64,000 nt of DNA from Bugula neritina (taxonomy: Eukaryota > Animalia > Bryozoa), in contig OZ037765.1 of assembly GCA_964035545.1 (NCBI GenBank), forward strand, positions 32,797,504-32,861,503. Direction: 5' to 3'. Made by a program: the position numbers and the translations under genes. The notes under the pieces are model-generated. The model had not been told where the DNA came from. It searched no databases and worked only from the letters and a program-made list of their open reading frames with translations. Positions 1-13,306 of this stretch are shown piece by piece; the stretch's first letter is position 1; each line of letters starts with the position of its first letter.

Positions 1-1445
1 TGGTAGCAAGTTCTTCCGCACGTTGGACTTGCTAAGCGGGTATTGGCAGGTGCCCCTGAGTCCTGAAGCACAGGACAAGGCCACGTTTATAACGCGGGAT
101 GGGCTTTGGAAATGGAAGGTGTTGCCATTCGGACTTACGTCCGCACCAGCTACCTTCCAGCGACTCATGGAGCAGGTCCTGAGTGGGCTGCACTGGAAGA
201 CTTTGCTCATCTATCTCGATGATGTCATTGTCATCTCCCCCGACACCGACACACATGTCAGTCGACTCAGGGAGGTGTTTGACAGGCTTCGAGCTGCTGG
301 TCTGAAGCTCAAGCCCTCTAAGTGTGCATTACTGCAACGCGAGGTCAAGTACCTGGGCCATGTAGTTGGCCGAGACGGGGTACGGGCTGTGAGGGACTGG
401 GCTGTCCCTGTCGACCTCCCTGAATTGCGGGCATTCCTGGGACTGGTAAGGTACTATCGTCAGTACATACCAGATTTCGCCGGAATTGCACAGCCGTTAA
501 ATCGGCTGACAGCAAAGGGGGTGCGATGGCAGTGGACGCAGGCCGAGCAGAAGGCGTTTGACCACCTGAAGGATCGCCTGGTGGAAGCACCCATCTTGGC
601 GTATCCTGACCCTGCGAAGGAGTACATTTTGGATACTGATGCCAGTAACCATAATGTGGGGGCTGTGCTATCGCAGGTCCAAGATGGTCGCGAGGTGGTG
701 GTGGCTTACTATAGCAAGGCCCTGTCGGCGCCTGAGAAGAACTACTGTACAACCAGGAGGGAACTCTTGGCAGTAGTCAAGGCGGTCAAACACTTTAGAC
801 CATATCTGTATGGGCGCACATTCCGTCTTCAGACGGATCATGCGTCTTTGATATGGCTGTGTCGACGAGCGGAACCATCAAGCCAAGTAGAGCGCTGGCT
901 GGAGATCCTGGCAGAGTTTTCTTATCGGATCGAACATCGACCCGGTAAGAAACACAGTAATGCCGATGGACTCAGCCACCGCCAGGCCGATGGGTGTAAG
1001 CAGTGCCAGAGCATTGAGCGCAGGGATGGTGGACCCCTCGCTCGGACGTTGAAGCACAGTTGGGAAAAGCGGGTGTATACAGCTGGGAAGAAGGACAACT
1101 CCTGTCCGAATTTCCTAACGAAGCTGTTAACAACCTTCACGCAAACCCTACGCTGCTCAGGAACGTCGGGGAGCTGTGTCGGCTCCAGGCTACGCTACCA
1201 GGGGTGGTAGCTGACCTAGTCCGGACCAAGAAAGAGGGACGGCGGCCGAGTGAGGCCGAACAGCGAGTGAAGAGTGCAGAGTTTAAGTACTTCTGTGACC
1301 GCTGGGACTCCCTCAGGTTCAACAGCGATGGGCTGCTAACGATCACATTGGCAGCCGGCACCAATCGCAGTGAACGAGAGAGGGTAGTCTGCCCATCCGC
1401 TCTGAGGCGGGAGTTGATCTGGGACACCCATAGGCAAGCTCACGC
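1..1445 (+). mobile_element. Gypsy/Ty3 LTR-retrotransposon pol fragment (RT-RNaseH, frameshifted, truncated before the integrase core)
   Basis: ORF 23-1210 has DLLSGYWQ, LPFGL, YLDD, LDTDAS and NYCTTRRELLA motifs; it shifts into ORF 1060 and breaks off at (GGGT)4. Same family as 28530-30251. Confidence 0.93.
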
Positions 1446-2000
1446 GGGTGGGTGGGTGGGTGCCTGCATGAACTTTCTAAAAGTTGTCCACCAACAGCTG
1501 TCCTTGCCTTCCCAGAGAGAGATTTTTTCAAATATCTTAAAGAATTCCTGACACACTTTACTTATATAGCATGAAAATATTCATTTATGTCTTAGCTATC
1601 ATTTTAACACTCTTTTAGGATTTCAGGTCTAAACAATTTTGTTTTATAACAGTTTTAGTGCATGCATGTCCAAAAAACTTCGAGAATTTTTTTCGCCCTT
1701 CTGTGACGTATTACACCGCAGTTGCGAGAAATAGATGGAAACGCCGCCTGTAAGACATTCGGGAAATAAGTATAGGCTATATTTTCCGTTGCATGTAACC
1801 TTAGTTTTAGCATTTTTTAATTTATCGGACGTCTGTCTAGCCCCCCCAATTAGTATTTTTTTGTGGAATTTAGGTTTTATTTCATAAACAAATTTCGCGG
1901 CAATAAATACATAGCTACCAACTTACCGTGTCCGAGTCTGTGCAGTGTAATTGTGATAAAGATAAACCTAATACAGAAATAACATAAATACGATATCAAT

Positions 2001-3721
2001 ATGAACATATCTGGCTCTGACGAAGAATACTTAGAGCACAGTGAGAATCGCAATGAGTATGACTATGACAATCACACTCACGCTGTCACTGAGATTTCTG
2101 AAGTAATGGGCTATCAGTTTGAGCCGTTTACGTATCAAGATGAAAATGGAGATGATAGTCATGACAAGGATTTTACTGTCACTGATGAGCAACAGGTGAT
2201 AATATTTATAATTTTACAGTATCACTACGATTTAATTTTATAAACTATAGTCATAGTGTTACTAATACCGTAATACTAATACTAATAGTAATACTTTAAC
2301 TTTAAGTTATAAGTATAAGCTAGTATTAGTATAAGTTATAAATTATTATAATTATAATATTTCATTTTCATTTTGTAATCGTAATTCCAATGCTCAATGC
2401 CAATGTTCGTATTGATCCTGGCTTAATTAGTTAATATAGCTGAGTTTTGTGCTACTAAAGCTTTAGAGCAAGCATGATATCAAATTACAAGCTAAATATT
2501 TGATGATTGCTATCGGTTTATATAATATTATTAATAATAAAGTGATAATCATTAAATTTAATGATTACAAATTCCAGTCAAGTAATTAAATATTTGATCA
2601 ATACTAATTTTGTTATTACTACTACCAATACAGGTATTAGTATTAATTATTTGTAGTTAGATTTACCTGATAATTTAAGTCAAGGGAAAGACTGTATTTT
2701 TATAAATGCAAAATAATGATAATTATTATTCACTTTTATTGTAATTGTGGTTATACCGATCCTTAACAAAATAAGTTAATCACATACATAATCATGTCAA
2801 ACTTGCATTCACGATGATAGCATTTAGTATTTTATTTCTAAGCCCCCTATTTCTCTGAATTTCTGCTTTTATAGTATAACATATAGTACTAACAACAATA
2901 AAATATTTTAAAATTCCTGAAAATTAGTTTATTTCATAGCAAAAATTATGAGTTTGTTTTAATATAAAAAATCTAATTAATTTTCAACTATAAATATAAA
3001 AATAGTTTGAACAGTAATGCAAACTTGGAATATTTTAAAACCCATGATTTTAAAGTATTTTCAAACTTCAGCCTCATTGGACTCAATTTTCAATACAAAG
3101 AAAAGTACAGGAAACAAATTTAGACACAGTAATTAATGGACTTAATGTGGATGATACTGGTAATAACGTTTTTAGAAAAGCTTGTTTGTTTTGTAGAAAA
3201 ATATAAAGCCAGCCACGGAGTGGTGCACTTGCCACCGCTGCCAAAATCAGCCTACAGTGGAACAGTCTGTTTGTTGCCGTGATCATGCTGCAAACCTTCG
3301 ATTAGATAGCAGCATGGAATGTATAACACAGCACCCGGGAGTACAGCAATTGACGCAACCAGCTGTATTAGAAGTTGCATACAGCAGCTACCTGAGATAT
3401 CATGGTCAGTCAATTGCTACTGTATATCAGTAACTGTCATTGTTAGTTTTTCTAGATAGTCTTACTTGATTATTTAGCCAATCATTTATTTTGGTAGATG
3501 ATTTGTTTGATGAGAAGGCCCATTCTCTCAACACTAAAAAAAGGTTCTGCAGCTACCGGTTTTTGGTGTTCTGGCTGTTTCCAGATATTAAAAAAGGTGA
3601 GAGACGCCCTTTACCAGCTTGCTTATATGATTGGGTGCAAGCTACATTCCCCCCAACTGATGACGAGGAAGAATTTGCTGAATGGATGTTCAGCAAATTC
3701 GTGTACAATGAAGATTTATGA
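2001..3721 (+). CDS. KolX-like protein (P2X7 ballast-like Cys-rich domain); join(2001..2195,3197..3404,3498..3721), 208 aa
   Basis: GT-AG introns with compatible phases (0, 1) and no stops; motifs YQFEP, WCTCHRC, VCCRD, CITQHP, SYRFLVFW, GERRPLPAC. Confidence 0.8.
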
Positions 3722-4566
3722 ACATTAACACTCTGGTGATTTTTAGTAGCAGTCAGTTGCTACTGCCTCTTGTAGTGTGTACTTACAAAGTCGTACTAGT
3801 AACACTTTATAAACCTTATCAAGATTTCACATTCATTCATGTAACAGTCAGAATGTCCCTTTTGTAATACATCCTGTTTGTGCACATAATCAGTAATTTA
3901 GTAATGAAATGTATTTAATTAACGGCCCAGAAAATATCTTTTTAACCTTATTACCATTAACATTTGTTTTGTTAAAGTTACTGTTATGAATGTGTTTTCA
4001 CATTGCTATTTATGGCTCTAATAAAGTACCAACAAAACCAAACATACAGCTGCTCTACAGTGAAAACGAATATCTACATTTCAATGGAAACTGAGACTAC
4101 AAGTAGATATATTGTCCAAATTTATTTTTGACACACCTTGAGGTGGAAAATTAAAAATATTATTTCCATTACACAAAAATATTTGGTTTTTTGTTGCATT
4201 AGAACATGCATTTTAAATAAAAATAAATATGGAGAAAAGCTATGAATTCAGTTTTTGAGCTAAGTGAACAATACTATTTCGCCATATTTCTATATACCAG
4301 CATTGAACAGCTTTGCTTCTAATCTTTTTCTGCATCCTTTTAGGTGTTTGCACATATTTGTTGTGTCCTATTCCTTTCTGTAGGCCCTTTTTTTCTGGCT
4401 TACGATGGAGAGCTGGTTTTTTGTTTGACTTGGCAAAGCTCTAAAATATTATTATATATGAAGGTAACTGGAAAAGTATTATTGAAACAGCTGCAGAAAA
4501 TCTCAATTGCTGTCTATATCATATTTCAATTTTATTGCTCAAGATCGCATTTTCAATATTATAATC

Positions 4567-5464
4567 CTTACAGAAAACCAGGGTCTGTTCTTTTTAACCA
4601 GCGAGCTTCTTTAGGTGTGATAGTGGCCGCCTGCTGACTTTGTTTCCGAGGAGTTAATGGAGTGCATCCAGTTGCACCCTCATTTTCCACTAAATGAATA
4701 GTTGGGACTGCTGTTTTCTCTAAATGCAATCTAAAGAGTAAATCAAAGACAATGAATTTTTATTCTTTCAATAAGTGAACAATATTTACCATTAATTTTT
4801 ACTGGTATTGATGATGGGCACCATTACCAGTATCATACTCATAGCATGAGTATCAGTGCGTATGAATCATAATATTAATGGTATGTATCCAAGTGACTAT
4901 GACACATTCTGATAATCATAAGTCTTTCATATTATCGCCATTATAAATGAATTTCCTTACAATAATGGTTATCGTGTAAATCATAAATGCAAACTTGTAC
5001 TTGCAAGTTTATGTCATAGTCACATGAAATTGAATCAACACGGTCATGACAATCCTATTGACTTATACCAACTTGTAGTAATACTTATACTTATTGTTGA
5101 AAATCAACATTAAAAAAACTATCATTAGCCTATCGTCTAATTATATCACAATCACTAAGTCATTAGTCAGTATCACTATGACTATGAGTTTGAGTGAGTT
5201 ATTCACTTACATGTTAATGAGTTTTGCTTTATACATGCCCATGTTTGTAAATTGTTCATCACCAAAATGCTGAAAACACAAACGAGAGTTGTTATCAGGC
5301 AGAAAGTTTTTTCTTTTCGTATTGACAAACTTGGTCCATTTTTCACCACACGCAGTATCAGCAGGCCATTTAAACATGTGTTTTTCCTTGTACGAACACA
5401 TTGCAGCTTCACACACTCTTCTTTTGCATTTGCCTTTAGAACTTGAAGCCATTCGTGTAGTCAT
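4567..5464 (-). pseudogene. THAP-domain N-terminus of the Kolobok transposase (exon 5464-5211, next exon from 4730 downward)
   Basis: CEAAMC...KWP...W...RLCFQHF spliced (phase 2) to LHLEKTAVPTI, completing the THAP AVPT box; an early stop follows and no DDE core was recognised. Lower boundary approximate. Confidence 0.75.
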
Positions 5465-7647
5465 GTCGACAGTAAGTGTAACTAGTAATATAGGTAATAA
5501 GTTTGTTCATTAGAGTCCAATGGCAATATGAATATGAAATCTAATTTATATAGATAGCGAGCGACTACTACTAGTAGTAGTACTACTAGGCACAGGTTAT
5601 ATTGGTAATATCCGGTTACGGTAATGATAATCTATTTGGAAGCGTAATAAGTTACATAATTGAATATGCAATTATTTGTAATGTTTTATAGAAAAGTTTA
5701 CCACTCGTTGGATTTAGCTAATTTCTTTCAACAATATCGTGTTATCGCCGTACTTAGCCACCCGTTCTAATTACATCGTGAGGGTGAGGCTATTTCATTT
5801 TTCCGATGCTCAAAATTTCTAACGGAAGTAACTTTAGCTCTTAATATCAATAATAAAATGGTATCATTTGTTTTTTTCATTGAGCCTTAGTTGTACTCTG
5901 TGTTTTAAAATTTATGTCAGTTTAGTGATTTATCTGTGTGTTGCAGTGGCTAAAAATAAAACGCTGTGAAAGTATGCAATTATTACTATTAGTTATATAG
6001 TAACTAGGACTCGAAGCAGACCGGAAACCGGCGTAATACGTGTGCACTGAGAGCTTAGAAATCCGAAAGTTTTCTGGACATGCATGCACTAATCTTGTTA
6101 TAAAACAAAATAGTCTAGCCATCCACCCTTAAAGGGGTGGTCTAGTGATAGCTAAGATATAGATGAATATTTTCGTGCTATATAAGTAAAGTGTGTCAGG
6201 GATTCTTTAACCCTTTTTTTCCATCCATGCCCTCAGATTCTACGTACGCGTCAAAGTCTGCTTCCCACTCTGCGAATTCCATTTGGGCACCATCAAAGAT
6301 CTGCGGCTCTTGAGCTTTCCTGGTACTGCATTTTACTGTGTTTATGAGCGCTTGCGTTAGGTCCTGTATAGCCCTTGTTCCACTGTCTTGAGCATCTGAA
6401 GATTGAGCTGGACTTTGAAAATCTCGACGTCGTGAGTCCTGAGGGTTAGATAATTCAATAATATCTGAGTTTGTGTTAGTAGCAGGTTGATGCAGAGCTG
6501 TTTCTCGTAGATCATGGCGTGGAGTTATTGCTTGTAGAGAATGAGACAACTCGTTCTGTCTTTGCCTTTGTCTTCTTTTCTCTTCAATCTTAGCTTTTAG
6601 CTGGTTGTATTTATCCACCTTGACTCGAAATGCTGCCTCGGCAGCTTCCATTTCTTCCCGTTCTTTCTGTAACTCTCTTTGCCTCTTTTCTTCTTCTCTT
6701 TGATAGGCTTCCTCCTGCTGCATCTGCATTAAGTTTGCTTCTTTCTGTCTCTGCTCAAGTATATTTTGAAGTGACTCGCTAATTGTTTGAACTTCCTCAG
6801 TAAACGAATGCATAATATCAATTATTGCCTCATTAACACTAACTTTATTTACAGCGCAAACAGTTGAAAATTCATCATACATGTCATTCAAAACACGAGA
6901 ATCTACATTCATTTTCTCTATAAATTCAGAAATACTTTCACTTTTTACACTACTTGTTTCTAATTCGCATTTTTCTGAAAATATATTAAACTCATCAAGA
7001 TGTTCATAAACGAAGCTAACAATTCTGTCAGGAAATTCTCGCAACTTTATTCTAGGTGATGTCCTACAAGTGTCCTCAAATTCTATGTCAGGTTGTGCAC
7101 CAACCTTTCTTGACTGTTGTGAAACTTCAGTGATTGGTGCACTAGCAGCTTGACATATGTGCGGCTGAAGTGAGCTGCCTTCTTCTTCACCTAAGCTTAG
7201 CGAGCTGTCCGCACTAGAGCTAGAATTGTCTTCCCCTAGGTTTGCACTTGCCATGTTAATTGACAGTGCACGACTAAGTATATATTATTCAATACTAAAA
7301 CTATAAATATCCAAATACACAATATAATATAATATAGTTATATTTAACAGCTGTTATGATACAGACCACTTGATACAATGTGTGGAAATAATTACACCTA
7401 TGGTCAACATCCACTATGCAGTGCTACAGCCAGGGCGACAGAACAACAAATCAGCAACCCGAGCAGCGATGCGATGAGACTAGACTAGCGCCAGAATGAA
7501 GAATCCCTACCCCAAGATCAAATTAGACGCAGCACGCGGCAATTGGCACAGATCACCGTCAGTTTACAATAAAAACACAAGAGCAAGCATAAAAAATATG
7601 ACAAAAAAGAACAAGAGACAATATGACAAAAAATACAGAGACTTCAC

Positions 7648-8289
7648 TGTAGCAATTCAGAGACTCTGGAGATGAAGTTCACTGATGATGTATTACTATT
7701 AACTTTATTATTTTAAACACCAACGTGAAGTCTAAAAGACAGACAACACTAGTAAAACTTAATTGACAACAAACTTATATATACAGAACAAAACTTATGC
7801 TAATAACATTGATAATATCTATAACTAAAACTGATATAAATTGATGGCATTTATTACTAAAAACAAGTTAATCTATTTAAGTACTCAAATTGACAAGATA
7901 CTCAAATTATTTTATTAGAAAAAACATACCTTTAGTTCTCTTTAATCTCATGAAATGCTAACTATTTGTGTGGCTTTAACATAAATGTAACTATCTGTTT
8001 AATTAACTTTAAGATAAATACAACTGACTATTAAAATACAACTTTATAATAACTGATTGTCATCTACTGCCTGCACTCTGACCACCTCGTTGTTTACGGG
8101 CTTATTCTCCGGCACAGTTACTTCATATAGCTGTGGTACTTCAGGGGCACACGTATTGCGTACCACCACCACATTCAGCTAAGAAATAATGCAAAAGTTA
8201 CTAGAATTAGCTAAAAAGATCAATATCAAAGTTACTAGAATTAAATCATCCTAGCTAGTGAGTTCAATGTTTAAAAGTTTGAAGTCACA
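7648..8289 (-). repeat. Probable 5' LTR of the BEL/Pao element
   Basis: On the minus strand it begins TGTGAC, ends CTACA, contains AATAAA and lies upstream of gag. No second copy in the window to confirm the boundaries. Confidence 0.4.
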
Positions 8290-8327
8290 GGTTACCTTGA
8301 GAGTGGGTGGGTGGGTGTGTGTGTGTG

Positions 8328-8504
8328 AAACTTTCATAAGTGATTCAAACCTTTTTCATATTATGACATGCACAAAAAACCCAGTATGTCTTTAGATGTC
8401 GTAGTAGGTGCTAAAGCCACCAGTTCAACTGGGATATTATAATTTTGACAAATAATCAATAATATATTTGTAAAGTATGAGTTATGGTAACATGCATATC
8501 TCTG
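8328..8504 (+). repeat. Displaced LRR-gene intron segment (upstream part of the intron before exon E1)
   Basis: Homologous to 13531-13700 and 14766-14946; resumes at 13102 after the nested insertions. Confidence 0.8.
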
Positions 8505-9251
8505 CACAGGATAGTTAAGGGCAACCTTTTAGCTGCAACTGCCTTGCTGAGGTTTGCATTGTAATCATATAAGAATTCAGTACCAGTAAAATAAAATCTC
8601 ACCTAATTGTGCTAGAGTCAAAATTTAAAAACTATGTTGTAGATCTTCTTTTTCTCCAGTGTAAGTTTTTTGGAAATTTCAATTTTCATTTTTTTTGCGA
8701 AGTTATAGACAAAAAACTGCCGAATTTTGGCCAATTTTGCCTGAAAAGCTGACTTTTCAGTACCAGTAAAATATCTCAGCAGCAAAGCATGATATCTGAA
8801 TAAAAATTGCACTGCTGGAATCCTAAGATATTTCTCCAGTGTAAGTTTTTTTCTTTTTTCAATAACTCTGCTAGATTGCTCATAAATTGGTGATTTATAC
8901 ACTGAAAATGCCATATTTTCTCATAAGAAACTAGCAGCGCGCAGCACTTCACGCTTTACTGAGCACGTAGGGATGAGAAGATATTGGCGCCTACATAATA
9001 ATTACAGGCTAACTAGCTGGCAGGCTATAATGAATAGCTTGCTTTGTACTTTGTTTATGTAGCAGCAATAATGGAATGTTGATAGATAACGCAGCCCTAA
9101 CGAAGGTTGCTGCTTATTGGTTGTAGTTTAATCTTAGGCTAAACAATTACAAGTAGGCAACACGCATGCCACCCGCAGAGCAATATTATTCAAGAACCCG
9201 AACTACATTTTGAGAGAAATTTATGATATTCTTAGTGAGGATGCCCTTAAC

Positions 9252-11429
9252 CACTGAGCTGAAATAGACCTGGAGAGGCCAAGGACGTTTTAGCGTGGCC
9301 AAATAGTTTAGCTCCGCCTTAACATGGAAAAATTAACCACGCCTACTTGTTTTGCACACAGCAGTAGTAGTAAAATCCATTATAAATGCAAGCTATTAGA
9401 GCTTATAAATTGAGGTAAACACTAAAAAATAATGAAAATTCAGCAATGTGAAGCAGGAACCAATTATTTTGTTTATTTTACTTTTGGTATTTGTAATTTC
9501 ATGACTAATTATCATTTTATGAAGCATGTACCTCAAGTATATATGATAATAACTTTAATAACCTAACAAATGCATTACATATTTATTGATTAGATCAACA
9601 CATTAGTCAAAATTAAATGAAAAGCAACAGCAAAGCAAATTTCAGCCTTAGTACATGAACACTGGCAGTAAGGATAACAAGTATAAAAGTTTATAAATAA
9701 TATAAAAAAACCGGTGGTAAGACACAGCTTTACAACACAGGCAAGTAACAGATTTCCTTAAACCTTTCAAAGTTTTAAATTCTGTTTTCAAGTGCTACTC
9801 TGAAAGCAATAAGTGATTAAAATAGAATTACAGAATAAACAAAAAATAATATTATATTGCAATAACAATATTTGTTATCATCTAATGTTATAATATAAAT
9901 ACTGTTGTAATAACTTCTAAACGATTAATTACCCACATCCTTATTACTGGCCTCTAAACAGTACACTTTTGTTGCTACATTGCCTGAAATTTAGTTTGTG
10001 CATAGCAATATTTGTTAGTTTAGCAATGTGGTGCTGAAATAAGTCATAATATACTTCAATGAGTAAATTTAAAAGGGAGAAATGATGATTTTCGATGCCT
10101 AATGATGTCTCCATGAATAGCAGTTGTGCTATCTAATGGCTTAGAATTTCCTGAGTTGCCTGGATGTACACCACATCGGGTCACCAATTTTCTAAAGATA
10201 GACTGAAAGCCAGTTACAGATGCGTTGTTATTCCATCCACCTAGAACAGATATTAAAAAAATGCTTGGACATCAATTGCCTGTTCACAATTAATGATTGG
10301 ATTATGTTTACCCAGAAAAAATGATGTTTTTTAGAACACAAGCAAAGCCTTGCATGCAATTAAGCCAAAAAAGTCATTTAATTAAAAAATGCACAATTGC
10401 TTTGACACCACAGTTTTGGAAATTTTTGAAAATTCATTATCTTTGTCTCTTGGTATTCAAAAGTTAATAAAATATACTTCATATTGCATGCATTTTAACC
10501 GCTAAGCTCATGCAAAAAAATTCACTTTTCAACACAGTTGGTCCAACCGACCATCTTAGTTGCCCCTATCAAAGCAAAGTGAAAAACCGAACACCTGAAG
10601 GAAAGAGATAAGAGAGTAAGAGAACAAATGAACATGTTAACATAAGTGGATGCAGACTGGGCTTCATGCATAGCTGTTTAGAGCTATAGCATACCACAGC
10701 TCTAAATGGTCTTGCGAAAATTTATACATTAGCAGATAGTCGAGCGTTTTAGGCACCAACAGTTTCTCCACCAACCCAAATACTGTGTCAATGGCACATA
10801 CAAGTCCAGTAATACAAACATGTCTGCAAATAACACAAATAGGGACAGGCACATATTAGATCTGAAATATAAGCAAGTAACACTTTCTATGGTAATAGGA
10901 AATTTACCTTTTGGTCTTGTACAGAGGTATCCCTTCATTATTCTTTAGGCCTAGCAAATATTGCCAAGTATCTTTCAGAAAAGGAGTGATGACACTGATA
11001 CCATTTAGATGTAAAGGCTGCTTGTAGCCTTTAGCTATTGCTGATCGACTATTCAGGATGTCAAACAACCGATCAACTCGCTACAGAAAAAGTAACATCA
11101 GCAGAACATGGGACGATTGCAGTTACAGTATTTTAAAGAAATAAAACCAAAAGCTGTAACAAACCCTAATGAAGTTGATGGTAGCATCACACTGCTGGAA
11201 TTTAGAGAGTCCCAACTGTTTCAGCGTATCTAGTGAGTCAGCCACTGAAGCTGACAGCAACTGGGTAGCAAGAGACACCTGAGTAGATGACACAATAAAG
11301 ATATTAGTTCAACACTCAATTATAACTGCATTGCCAAAGTAGCGCTCTACTACTAGTAGTAGTAGCAGTAGGCTAGTAGTAGTAGTAGCAGCAGTAGGTT
11401 ATAGTAGAAGTAGCAGCAGTAGTAGTAGT

Positions 11430-11473
<44 letters not shown>

Positions 11474-11728
11474 CAGTAGCAGTAGTAGTAGCAGTAGTAG
11501 TAGTAGTAGTAGTAGCAGTAGGCTAGTAGTAGTAGTAGCAGTAGGCTAGTAGTAGTAGTAGCAGCAGTAGGTTAGTAGTAGAAGTAGCAGCAGTAGTAGC
11601 AGTAGTAGTAGTAGCAGTAGGCTAGTAGTAGTAGTAGGCTAGTAGTAGTAGTAGCAGCAGTAGGTTAGTAGTAGAAGTAGCAGCAGTAGTAGTAGTAGTA
11701 GTAGTAGCAGTAGGCTAGTAGTAGTAGT

Positions 11729-11769
<41 letters not shown>

Positions 11770-12120
11770 CAGTAGTAGCAGTAGCAGTAGTAGTAGTAGT
11801 AGCAGTAGCGGTAGGCTAGTAGTAGTAGTAGCAGTAGGCTAGTAGTAGTAGTAGCAGTAGGCTAGTAGTAGTAGTAGCAGCAGTAGGTTAGTAGTAGAAG
11901 TAGCAGCAGTAGTAGTAGTAGTAGTAGTAGCAGTGGGCTAGTAGTAGCAGTAGGCTAGTAGTAGTAGTAGGCTAGTAGTAGTAGTAGCAGCAGTAGGTTA
12001 GTAGTAGAAGTAGCAGCAGTAGTAGTAGTAGTAGTAGTAGTAGCAGTAGGCTAGTAGTAGTAGTAGCAGTAGGCTAGTAGTAGTAGTAGCAGTAGGCTAG
12101 TAGTAGTAGTAGCAGTAGGC

Positions 12121-12165
<45 letters not shown>

Positions 12166-13084
12166 CAGTAGGCTAGTAGTAGTAGTAGTAGTAGCAGTAG
12201 GCTAGTAGTAGTAGTAGTAGCAGTAGGCTAGTAGTGGTAGTAGCAGTAGGCTAGTAGTAGTAGTAGCAGTAGGCTAGTAGTAGCAGTAGGCTAGTAGTAG
12301 TAGTAGCAGTAGGCTAGTAGTAGCAGTAGGCTAGTAGTAGTAGTAGGCTAGTAGTAGTAGTAGTAGCAGTAGGCTAGTACTAGTAGTAGCAGTAGGCTAG
12401 TAGTAGTATTAGTAGTAGTAGCAGTAGGCTAGTAGTAGTATTAGTAGTAGTAGCAGTAGGCTAGTAGTAGTAGTAGCAGTAGCAGCAGTAGTAGTAGTAG
12501 TAGTAGTACTATCATACTGATACTGTAAGTATGCTATTAGTATTACTACTACTACTAGTAGTAGTAGTAGTACTACTACTAGTAGTAGAGTACTACTAGT
12601 ACTAGTACTACTAGTAGGCAGCAGCACCGCTACCACAACTATTAAGCCTACTGGTACGCTAGTTCATGCATTACTTTCACTGATTGTTGTAACTAAAGCC
12701 ATATACTTACTTGTGAAAAGAGATTTTTTTGTCTTTATGTAACTGCTGTACTGGTAGTTGCGGCAATTGTATGCATAACACTGAGACTCAGTGGTCTTGC
12801 TTCTTTGACCCTTAGTTTGCTTAGGATACGGAGAATTCGACATGTTGAACGAAGTAGAGGTGATAGAAAACACAATTAAATAAAAATATAGTCGCTTCAG
12901 ATATAAAGCAGGACAAAAAACAAAGTTTAAAAGTGAGATTCACTCAATCGAAATGATGGACGACCAGCTCTATTTTCTCCCGCTAGAAAAAGAGCATGCT
13001 CGGGCTCACAAAGCCAATCGGCAACGAGGTTACATTACAAAGTACAATCGTACCCATTCCAGTTAATAATTATTGAGTTCATTG
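9252..13084 (-). mobile_element. P-element superfamily transposon, decayed THAP9-like transposase
   Basis: 8-bp TSD CCCTTAAC (9244-9251, 13085-13092); imperfect termini CAATGAACTCAATA / CACTGAGCTGAAATA; fragments CYAYNC (THAP), VSLATQLLSASVADSL, VDRLFDILNSR, YLLMYKFSQDHLELW, GWNNN. Confidence 0.85.
11345..12620. repeat. Compound microsatellite (TAG)n/(CAG)n with a GCAGTAGGC(TAG)n higher-order unit, inside the P element
   Basis: Directly visible; switches to mixed TAG/CTA orientation after about 12505. Confidence 0.97.
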
Positions 13085-13168
13085 CCCTTAACTATCCTGT
13101 GTGTGCTGTATAACATACATGTTATGCGTAATTTTATTCTCCTGTCATAATATATCTTTATATTACAG

Positions 13169-13306
13169 TCTCAGTCAGCTGACTCAGTTAGAGATTTTAC
13201 ACATAGGATGGAATACTCTCAACACAGTACCAGATGTTGTGTCATCACTCACATCACTTAAATTGTTGAATATGAGTGGATGTGGTATATCCAGTCTACC
13301 TGAGAG
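13169..13306 (+). CDS. LRR exon E1 (138 nt, phase 2-2): SLSQLTQLEILHIGWNTLNTVPDVVSSLTSLKLLNMSGCGISSLPE
   Basis: tattacag acceptor, GAGAG|gtttgt donor, two 23-aa LRRs. Confidence 0.92.

Larger units (their letters stand above)
1541..6206. mobile_element. Kolobok DNA transposon, non-autonomous (no transposase core seen)
   Basis: About 60-bp imperfect TIRs (AGAATTCCTGACACACTTTACTTATATAGCA.../...TGCTATATAAGTAAAGTGTGTCAGGGATTCT), TTAA TSD at 1537-1540 and 6207-6210, purine-purine termini, convergent KolX and THAP genes. Confidence 0.85.
1462..7254 (-). mobile_element. BEL/Pao retrotransposon gag, split by the Kolobok insertion
   Basis: ORF 6196-7254 has a coiled coil then PQIFDGAQMEFAEWEADF. Removing 1541-6210 continues the frame as ...GKKG-LRYLKKSLSGKARTAV (1540 downward), resembling BEL/Pao gag (DUF1759-type). 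Confidence 0.75.
8505..13101. mobile_element. CACTA/EnSpm-like MITE (about 0.75 kb) with a P element inserted in one TIR
   Basis: TIR CACAGGATAGTTAAGGGCA, 2-bp TSD TG; 8505-9251 is the reverse complement of the copy at 30981-31719. Confidence 0.75.

Noticed and set aside
8618-8914. ORF recurring at 31326-31592
   Set aside because: Lies inside the non-autonomous MITE, has no recognisable domain and differs by frameshifts between copies.
12409-12636. ORF rich in Thr/Leu/Val runs
   Set aside because: Translation of the microsatellite.
13176-13187. E-box/AP-1 motif CAGCTGACTCA in most exons
   Set aside because: Explained by Q-L-T-Q codons copied with the exon; no independent evidence of regulatory use.
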